Positions 23,135 through 32,396 of a DNA stretch of 32,396 nucleotides are shown here, one piece after another. The notes under the pieces are model-generated. The model was not told where the DNA came from, searched no databases, and saw only the letters and a list, made by a program, of their open reading frames with translations. The translations under genes were made by a program, and so were the position numbers. How positions within the stretch are numbered: the first letter of the stretch is position 1; each line of letters starts with the position of its first letter. The stretch is from Catajapyx aquilonaris. Lineage: Eukaryota. The stretch is taken from NCBI GenBank assembly GCA_000934665.2, contig JYFJ02004407.1:1-32396 (forward strand). Direction: 5' to 3'.

Positions 23135-26100
23135 CTGCTCAACAGATCCCATTGTTCTGTGGCCCTAAGACAAAAATTGTGACGATATTTATATTGCATC
23201 ACTTAAGAGCACCGTCAATTACTTCACAGAGACTTTGACATTTTTTCTCCAACACCAGAAACATTAACAATTATTCACCTAAGGTGAGGAGCATAAGCAT
23301 ACTCCTAGCATACCCACCTTGTGAGAAAGAATTATGAACATCATTATTTTGCAAGGAAAAAGTGCTGGTCTAGCACCCCAGGCAGCACAAAAAAACGGCC
23401 CATGATTGGCACGATATTGGCCCATGGTCGCGAAACTGGGCATAGCTTGGCCGATCTAGCCGGTCTACGGCCAATGTCGGCCCTAAAACGGCAGCCGATC
23501 TAACCCCGATGTGACTCTCAGAAAGCAGTGTGGATGCCGAGGATACATTCCCTCAACGAACTACTTTGTAAAGAAGCCATGGCCGATCAAGATCAGATCC
23601 AGGCAGTGATGGCAATGAATTGCAGCATAAATGATACGTTGTTACCACTGATGCAGTACATGAAGGATGAAGTGAAGGCCACCAAGGACGACACGGCAGC
23701 CGTCAAGAGGTGGACGGAAAGTTGTGGGTAGGCTACAGAGGACAGGGTGAGCCGGTCGCTCTGAAAAAGAAAGTAAAAAGGACAAACCCCTGCAACGGGG
23801 ACAAGCGGGGGGGCAAGCAGAGGAAGGGCCTGGCCAATTGCACCCCTGGCCTCGTAAAAGTGGTATTGGCAACTAATTGAGTGTTTGAACTGTAAATAAA
23901 ATTTCAATTTCAACCATCGACTCCTCAGTTCTACAGCAGTTGTATACGATTTTGATCCCATGACTAGCATTTTGTGTATCAGTCTATGTCCTGGACTGAT
24001 TCTGCCTTGAGGCAGGACGCTGGCCTTCAAGTGTCACAGTAGACAAATAATCCTTCTTTCAGACGAAGGACACAACATCAACGAGACATATATCATAAGG
24101 ACAAAAGTAATTCCTATCAACAGACTCCCATTGTTATGTGGCTCTAATATACGTAATAAAAATTTGCAAAGATGGAGCAATAACGGATACTAGTGCGCTG
24201 ACTCAAATATTTCCTGGAATTACACTGAGTCACTTATTATCATCTTCGCATTAAGCAGGCCGACTCGCGGTTTATGCACGTCGATTAAGTCCTCGTAAAA
24301 CAGGCGCATAATGAAAACATACACAGATCATGTCATACAATAATTTGTGCGAGCAAGGTGGCAGCTCTACATGAAGAACATGACGACATATTGGTTATTA
24401 GTAACTAATAGCCAAACCTTCTACTTGAGAAGCGCTTCTTTGACAAAATCATGATATGACCCTTTTCGACTTTGTACTTTTGAAACTGTTGTCATTCTAG
24501 CATACGCTGATATGTTGACAAGAATCAGCACAATTGGAAGAATTTACCTTCATCCTCATGGTGTACAGAGGGGCCATTTTAGACTCGACAGGAAAAACCC
24601 CATAATTTCTGCACCGTGTTCGACCTAGTGTTTCCATAAGGTGATATCGTCCAGAAGAAAAGGATGATAATTAACCACAAATTTCGCAGAACATCTTGTC
24701 ACAACACTTCAAAAACACGTGAAACACTACTGAATGAGCCCTTCAACCACAACGAGACATAAATATCATAAGGACAAAAGTAATTCCTATCAACAGACTC
24801 CCATTGTTATGTGGCTCTAAGCCTAAAATTGGCACAACTTTTATATTGCATCACTTAAGAGCACAGTCAAATTATTTCAGAGATGTTGACATTTCTACAC
24901 ACAAACCGACAAATTCATCTAATACTTTAGTTAGACTCTCCAAGGGAAGGATAAAGCAGGTGCCATGCGAACCAAGTAGGAACATGAACCCAAGACCTGT
25001 ATCCTGGATTGTGTGTGGCGCATCATTGTTGTCACGACATGACTTGCCCAATAAACATCTGAAAAACCACTAGCAAAAACGATAGTGGGTTTCCGATCAC
25101 TCAAAACCTGTTCAACCCAAACCGCAACAGCCATTTTTACAATCCTGTTCACATACACAATAATGGTGTGTGAAAAGGTTTTACACACAGGAATGCCTGA
25201 TACAGCACTGAAAATGGATCGAAGATGACGATGAGAGAAGCTTTGCACAAAATAATAATATTGGTGGGTTATGAACTAGACAGGTACCAGTATCTGCGCT
25301 CACATGATTACGTCAGACCGCAGGGGGCCACATTTGCAAGAACATTGTGTTAACACTTGTAACTTGTACCAATGGTGTCTTCAAGTGACAGACACACTGC
25401 TTTTATACAAAAATCAGGTAATGTACCTCGCTAACATCAGCGACATCTTCGTGGAGAAGGTATGTCTCATAGGGACATTTAGTATCCTTGTAGTGCTTGT
25501 GCACCAAATGAGGAATGCTGAAGGTGTGGCGTCAGGCCCAAGTGGCAAAACATAAAATAATATCTGATGTAACGACACATTCCGTTGTTCACACCAACAA
25601 TACATGAACAATCAAGCACCAACTGCGACAAATACCTCAGAGCGACAGGCTATTTATGCAACTTCAAAATGTGTACAATCCTCATATTGTCGCTCTTGTG
25701 GAATAAATTCAAATCCATTTAACTTTTAAGTATTCAATGTATTGATTTGTACCATTACTGCAATCCAGAAAGTACGTTCTACGGATTACTAGGTTCGCCG
25801 GGAAGTCTTGCACAACAAGCACCTGAATGATTCTCATATTTCGAATACGACGACGGGAGAAGCTTTGCACAAAATAATTTGAGGGTTATGACGAGCCACA
25901 CAAGTACCGGTGCCTCGCTACTGCTCAGCACGCTCCCGCGCACCACGACTACTGACGATTGCATACACCATGGTTACATAAGGCCGCAGGGGACCACATT
26001 TACAAGTAACTTACATTGTGTTAGCATGAAATTGTACTTGTTACACCAATGGTGTCTGGAAGAGAGGCATGACATGTAAGTTCATAAGTTGAAGAGTACA

Positions 26101-27770
26101 TGTAGCATATAATAAGTTGCTTAAACATCCAGAAAATCCGAGTTTGGAGGTTACATGTTGAAATACTTGACATTTATTCACATGCAGATGAGCAGCACGG
26201 ACTGCAAGATAAATGTGTGCACGATAAGGCCCGAAAAGGACAATAAAAATGAGTACACGGACGCAACTAAACTCCAATTACAGAGCAGTAAGAAAACACA
26301 ATGGAAGTCTACAGACTGGCACGACATCAGATCAGGGCGTGTAGTATTCACTTTATGAACAACGCTGTGCGGAACCAAGCCAATGATGCTATACCCTCAC
26401 CTGGCGACCTGGGTAACAAAAAAATGTAGTATGATTGTGATTGGAAACTTGAGGGCCTTTTTTTTAAAAAAAATGCGTCGGATGCTACTAAAAAATCACA
26501 ATTGCATGGCAGAGACAAGGTGTCCCCAGGGAGACATATGACAACTTACGCCTTTTTGGAAATAACAAGAAAGACTATCATTAGTTTAGCAGATGAATGC
26601 CCCACCACACAGTCATCTACTTCCTCCTCCGACGTCGACCTCGTAATAATAATATATATTAATTTTGACCGACACATTGTTGAATGATATACAATACCAT
26701 GCCAATCCTGCAACCAGAATTAAATCTATTGGTGTACACAATGGTAAATAATAATCCACTAACTCAACACAAAACTACTTACTGACTTTTCGTCAGACGA
26801 GTTCATTTTATCGCCTTTTTCATATGCTTTTTGTAGTACTGTATAATAATCAACCAGTCATATTATTATCACCTTACGTATGACATTTATAGAGCACTAT
26901 TTCAGTATGAACGGTTCGAGTGGCGGACTGATTCATGCCAATGTGTCTATTGATTTTAACTCTTTCCGGCTTTTCAGTAATGCCATTTGAGCTTCTCAAG
27001 TGATCTTGCATTAACAGGCATTATTTTATGGCTTAAAATGTTGAAACGACGCGACGAGATGTCGCGTGAGACCTACAAAATGCATGAGAAAAAAATCACA
27101 CACGTGTACCTCGTTCGGTTTGGCTGCCTGCTTAAAAGGCATTTGATTTCAGTGATCTACGACCTGGTAGTGATCTAAATTCTCCTAGGATTCCAGTCAA
27201 GAAACACTACTATTATACTGTACAACTGAACAGTTAGAAACATGTAAATGCGAACTGGAATAATTAACAAAGGCAACCAGCATGCCATGGTTTATTTCTT
27301 CCGAATATTAGATAAGTCCAAGCGATAGTGTTGCATTGTCGTGACCCGCCGATGGGGTCCAGTCAGCGACCTGTCCAACAACATTTGTATCGTAAAAGGG
27401 GTTGGACATCTGCTACCTTTCATGATATGAGGAAGAACATAACTTTTTCACATGAGTCACAGTAATAGCAAAATAATAACAAGCAAATGAGAAGGAGCTT
27501 TCTGGGTTGATACTTCCGAAAATGTTGTCATTCTAAAATACTCTTACATATATGGTCACAACACGTGAAACACTATACTGACATGACAAAGATAATAACC
27601 ACTCCGACACATATACAATAATGAAACAAGTAATTAATGCTCAACAGACCTTCATTGTTCTGTGGCCCTATACGCCAAAAATTGTCAACACTCATTTCAC
27701 AGAGATTTTGACATATTTATATTCAGCACCAGAAACATGACAAATTCATCAAATGGGAAAGGCATGCTTA
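23135..27770 (-). mobile_element. Scrambled, repeated fragments resembling a Crypton-type tyrosine recombinase
   Basis: Recurrent minus-strand block translating MQYKYRHNFCLRATEQWDLL (~23135-23270; variants ~24085-24148, 24765-24895, 27630-27740). Second block KCPYETYLL...NTMFLQM...NH..R..TG...FVQSFSHRHLRSI (~25210-25510; variant 25850-26060). Reading requires frameshift correction. Confidence 0.35.
24678..27770. repeat. Tandem duplication unit, copy 1 (~3.09 kb)
   Basis: Starts CAAATTTCGCAGAACATCTTGTCACAACACTT and ends GAAAGGCATGCTTA. Collinear and highly similar to 27771-32174; several ORF-track peptides occur twice. Confidence 0.93.
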
Positions 27771-27802
27771 CAAATTTCGCAGAACATCTTGTCACAACAC
27801 TT

Positions 27803-28702
27803 TGTGACAGAACTGGCTGAGAAGATTTCATCTCGAGAATAGTATTCTTCACATACTGTAAACTATAAGGGTGCTCAAAAACTCGCGGAAAGTCGGCAGG
27901 TAGCCTGATAGGACTCGCAAAACTAATATAGGGATGTGGAAGTAGTTTTGGGCTAACTTGCATAGTTTTTGCGTGCGACGCCTTCAAGATTTCGGCAGTT
28001 TCATGACGTCACATCCGCCTTGAGGCCCCCATTGCGTCATCATACATGTTGTTGTGGCTGTTGCCATTGTCACTGATTATTGGTGCGAATATTGTCAACT
28101 GTGATTGTTGAGAAATAAACAACGGTATCTGTGGCCAGTCGACACCTCAATTGCCAGACTGAAATCGTAGTTTATTTCTCAACAATCACAGTTGACAATA
28201 TTCGCACCAATAATCAGTGCCAATGGCAACAGCCACAACAACATGTATGATGACGCAATGGGGGCCTCAAGGCGGATGTGACGTCATGAAACTGCCGAAA
28301 TCTTGAAGGCGTCGTACGCAAAAACTATGCAAGTTAGCCCAAAACTACTTCCACATCCCTATATTAGTTTTGCGAGTCCTATCAGGCTACCTGGCGACTT
28401 TCCGCGAGTTTTTGGGCACCCTGTATACTGACTGTATTCTTTCCGTATAACTACCCGACCTTGATACTCCTACGTCACCTTGTATACTGTAGCATTCCCA
28501 CCATCCTTTGCGCTTGTACCCTTTAAAAGCCCTGGTGCTCCACACCTCGAGGCCTTTGGTCGTCCTTCTGGGAGGCCACTGGCCACGCCACTTCCCTTCC
28601 TACCTTTACTCTTTAACCTCTCACCCATTATAAGTGAACAGATTATTAAAAAGGATATCTTGATATGAACCCAGTTTGTTTATGTTCCACCATTCGGTGA
28701 CA
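27803..28702 (+). mobile_element. Possible LTR-like segment (~340 bp net) interrupted by the fold-back MITE
   Basis: Begins TGTGACAGAACTGG and ends CCATTCGGTGACA (imperfect inverted ends, TG..CA). Contains TATA-like TTTAAAAG and ATTAAA. Absent from copy 1. No TSD found. Confidence 0.35.
27868..28423. mobile_element. Fold-back MITE of Tc1/mariner type
   Basis: 27868-28120 is the reverse complement of 28170-28423 with about 4 mismatches. Termini (C)AGGGTGC are flanked by TA on both sides. Non-coding. Confidence 0.93.
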
Positions 28703-31287
28703 TAAAGTTTCTGGACTCATAAAGAAGAAACAACAGTCGCAGTACCACATGTTTCTTCTGGTCTTGTGTTCTGGCACGTCGGACGTGGGACGTCGGACTT
28801 GAAGACGGATGTAGGGTTTAAACCTGTACTTCCCATTAACCCCAAAACACGTGAACCACTACTGAATGAGCACATCAGACGACGGACACATCCACAACGA
28901 GACATATATCATAAGGACAAAAGTAATTCCTATCAACAGACTCCCATTGTTATGTGGCTCTAAGCCTAAAATTGGTACAACTTTTATATTGCATCACTTA
29001 AGAGCACAGTCAAATTATTTCAGAGATGTTGACATTTCTACACACAAACCGACAAATTCATCTAATACTTTAGTTAGACTCTCCAAGGGAAGGATAAAGC
29101 AGGTGCCATGCGAACCAAGTAGGAACATGAACCCAAGACCTGTGTCCTGGATTGTGTGTGGCGCATCATTGTTGTTACGACATGACTTGCCCAACAAACA
29201 TTTGAAAAATCACTAGCAAAAGCGATAGTGGGTTTCCGATCACCCAAAACCTATTCAACCCAAACCGCAACAGCCATTTTTACAATCCTTTTCACATACA
29301 CAAAATGGTGTGTGAAAAGGTTTTACACACAGGAACACAGCACTGAAAATGGATCGAAGATGACGATGAGAGAAGCTTTGCACAAAATAATATTGGTGGC
29401 GGGTTATGAACTAGCCAGGTACCAGTGTCTACGCTCACCATGATCACATAAGACCGCTGGGGACCACATTTGCAAGAACATTGTGTTAACACTTGTAAAT
29501 TGTACCAATGGTGTCTTGAAGTGACAGACACACTGCTTTTATACAAAAATCAGGTAATGTACCTCGACAACATCAGCGACATCTTCGTGGAGAAGGTATG
29601 TCTCATAGGGCCATTTAGTATCCTTGAAGTGCTTGTGCACCAAATGAGGAATGCTGAAGGTGTGGCGTCAGGCCCAAGTGGCAAAACATAAAATAATATC
29701 TGATGTAACGACACATTCCGTTGTTCACACCAACAATACATGAACAATCAAGCACCAACTGCGACAAATACCGCAGAGCGAAAGGCTATTTATGCAACTT
29801 CAAAATGTGTACAATCCTCATATTGTCGCTCTTGTGGAATAAATTCAAATCCATTTAACTTTTAAGTGTTCAATGTATTGATTTGTACCATTACTGCAAT
29901 CCAGAAAGTACGTTCTACGGATTACTAGGTTCGCCGGGAAGTCTTGCACAACAAACACCTGAATGATTCTCATATTTCGAATACGACGACGGGAGAAGCT
30001 TTGCACAAAATAATTTGAGAGTTATGACGAGCCACACAAGTACCGGTGCCTCGCTACTGCTCAGCACGCTCCCGCGCACCACGACTACTGACGATTGCAT
30101 ACACCATGGTTACATAAGGCCGCAGGGGACCACATTTACAAGTAACTTACATTGTGTTAGCATGAAATTGTACTTGTTACACCAATGGTGTCTGGAAGAG
30201 AGGCATGACATGTAAGTTCATAAGTTGAAGAGTACATGTAGCATATAATAAGTTGCTTAAACATCCAGAAAATCCGAGTTTGGAGGTTACATGTTGAAAT
30301 ACTTGACATTTATTCACATGCAGATGAGCAGCACGGACTGCAAGATAAATGTGCGCACGATAAGGCTCGAAAAGGACAATAAGAATGCGTACACGGACGC
30401 AACTAAACTCCAATAATTACAGAGTAGTAAGAAAACAGCAATAGAAGTCTACAGACTGGCACGACATCAGATCAGGGCGTGTAGTATTCACTTTATGAAC
30501 AACGCTGTGTGGAACCATGCCAATCCTGCAACCAGAATTAAATCTATTGGTGTACACAATGGTAAATAATAATCCACTAACTCATCACCAAACTGCGTAC
30601 TGGCTTTTCGTCAGACGAGTTCATTTTATCGCCTTTTTCATATGCATTTTGTAGTACTGTATAATAATCAACCAGTCATATTATTATCACCTTACGTATG
30701 ACATATAGAACACTATTTCAGTATATGAACGGTTCGAGTGGCGGACTGATTCATGCCAAGGTGTCTATTGATTTTAACCTGTTTTAACTCTTTCCGGCTT
30801 TTCAGTAATCCCATTTGAGCTTCTCAAGTGATCTTGCATTAATAGGCATTATTTTATGGCTTAAAATGTTGAAACGACGCGACGAGATGACGCGTGAGAC
30901 CTACAAAATGCATATGAATGAAATCACACACATGTACTACCTCGTTCGGTTTGGCTGCCAGCTTATAAAAGGCATTTGATTTCAGTGATCTACGACCTGG
31001 TAGTGATCTAAATTCTCCTAGGGTTCCAGTCAAGAAACACTACTATTATACTGTACAACTGAACAGTTAGAAACATGTAAATGCGAACTGGAATAATTAA
31101 CAAAGGGAACCACCATGGTTTATTTCTTCCGAAGATTAGATAAGTCCAAGCGATGGTGTTTCATTGTCGTGACCCGCCGATGGGGTCCAGTCAGCGACCT
31201 GTCCAGCAACATTTGTATCGTAAAAGGGGTTGGACATCTGCTACCTTTCATGATATGAGGAAGAACATATTAACTTTTTCACCGAAG

Positions 31288-31554
31288 TTTGGTTTGGTTT
31301 ATTTGGAAGAAGCCAAAGCAACTGTGGCTATCTGGCTATAAGAAGAAGCAAAGGTGGGAGAGATGGAGAGAGAAACGAAGAGGAAAAAGAAGAGAGGAAA
31401 GACTGGCATCTCTCTTAGTCGGTCTCCTATCCCAAAGACCTGTCCGGCTTGGGTGGCCCTACCAGTAGACGAAGCTACCGCCGGTATAGCTCTTGGGGTC
31501 ATGGGAGAAACGCAAACCCCACCACCACGATAAGGTGGAGATACCATCGGGGGG
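31288..31554 (-). mobile_element. Short non-autonomous RTE-derived retroelement (RTE 5' UTR + pyrimidine tract + CCAAA-repeat tail)
   Basis: 12-bp TSD TTTTCACCGAAG at 31276-31287 and 31555-31566. The 5' sequence CCACCTTATCGTGGTGGTGGGGTTTGCG...GAGCTAT...GGTAGGGCCACCCAAG..GGACAGGTC resembles the conserved 5' end of RTE-clade elements such as BovB/Expander. 3' tail AAACCAAACCAAA. Confidence 0.75.
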
Positions 31555-31561
31555 TTTTCAC

Positions 31562-31837
31562 CGAAGCAGGTTGGCATAGTGGATAAGGCGTCCGACTGCT
31601 AATCGGGAGGTCCTGGGTTCGAATCCCGGGGCCGGCAACTCTGACCGTGGTTTTCTGTGGTTTCCCACGGTCCTTCCAGGGAAATTCCGGAGTTGCTTCC
31701 GTAATTAATAGGCCACAGCCGCTTCCTTCCGTCCCTATCCTATCCCAAAGAGCGCAGTAAAATGAAAGCAAAGAGTTCCAGCCAAAACAAACTTCCCCCC
31801 TAAAGAGCCGATGGCTCATAACGGGGTATGAATTATT
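31562..31837 (+). mobile_element. tRNA-derived SINE with a Deu/Nin-like conserved body
   Basis: A box TGGCATAGTGG, B box GGTTCGAATCC, anticodon-like arm TCCGA-CTGCTAA-TCGGG. Body GGTTTTCTGTGGTTTCCC...CCAGG.AAAT...TAGGCCAC.GCCGCTTCCTTCC. ATT-rich tail. 16-bp TSD ATATTAACTTTTTCAC at 31267-31282 and 31838-31853. Empty site in copy 1 at ~27439. Confidence 0.9.
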
Positions 31838-32396
31838 ATATTAACTTTTTCACGTGAGTCACAGTACTAGCAAAATAATGACATGCAAATGAGAAGGAGC
31901 TTTCTGGGTTGATACTTTCGAAAATGTTGTCATTCTAACATACTCTTACATAATTATATGGTCACAACACGTGAAACACTACTGACATGACAAAGATAAT
32001 AACCACTCCGACACACACACAATAATGAAACAAGTAATTCATGCTCAACAAGAATTCATTGTTCTGTGGCCCTATACGCCAAAAATTGTCAACAAGCATT
32101 TCACAGAGATTTTGACATATTTATATTACACACCAGAAACATGACAAATTCATCAAATGTGAAAGGCATGCTTATTAATTCGTCTGCATCACCCCAGAAA
32201 TGTTTTACAGTAATTTAAGTGTTTTCTGAATAAATCTATAATATTAAAATGCTTGCGGAGCGCGGCCGAGCCCTCTGATTGGTCCGCCCCCGTATTGTTG
32301 CCGCCACCTCCTCCCATTGGCCCCCGTCCATTGTTGCTGCGTCGTATCCATGGCGCATTGTTACCACGACGCCTCCGATTGGCCCCCGTTCCGAGC

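Larger units (their letters stand above)
27771..32174. repeat. Tandem duplication unit, copy 2, with extra segments ~27803-28842 and 31283-31853
   Basis: Begins immediately after copy 1 with the same CAAATTTCGCAGAAC sequence and ends with the same GAAAGGCATGCTTA. Confidence 0.93.

Noticed and set aside
23356..23510. Short GGCC-rich imperfect repeats resembling a CRISPR array or MITE end
   Set aside because: No constant repeat/spacer periodicity, eukaryotic context and no cas genes. Probably transposon subterminal repeats, but the ends cannot be defined.
31565..31637. tRNA-Ser(GCT) gene
   Set aside because: No long variable arm, poor acceptor stem, and it is joined to a SINE body and tail with TSDs. 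It is a SINE head.
32255..32396. GC-rich segment with repeated ATTGG(T/C)CC motifs, possible promoter or element end
   Set aside because: Cut off by the window edge and cannot be classified.

Overview
Eukaryotic, probably invertebrate (likely arthropod), repeat-rich genomic DNA. The only substantial host-type gene is a divergent, essentially intronless Sin3A-like co-repressor (+, ATG 14570). Its conserved C-terminus continues in frame past a single TAA (17624-17626) that sits inside a candidate 63/69-nt GT-AG intron. The left end holds a disabled CR1/L2-group LINE (-). Its ORF1 is split by a 506-bp solo-LTR-like insert whose 4-bp target duplication creates splice sites that would remove it exactly. 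The rest is mostly transposon debris (Harbinger, Gypsy integrase, MULE, Sola-like, mariner-type ends, possible Crypton) plus an ankyrin fragment. A head-to-tail ~3.1-kb tandem duplication occupies 24.7-32.2 kb; its second copy carries a fold-back MITE, a tRNA-derived SINE and a nested, highly structured RTE-derived short element. All family assignments come from motif recognition by eye, not database searches. The 6.6-13.9 kb region is largely unexplained.
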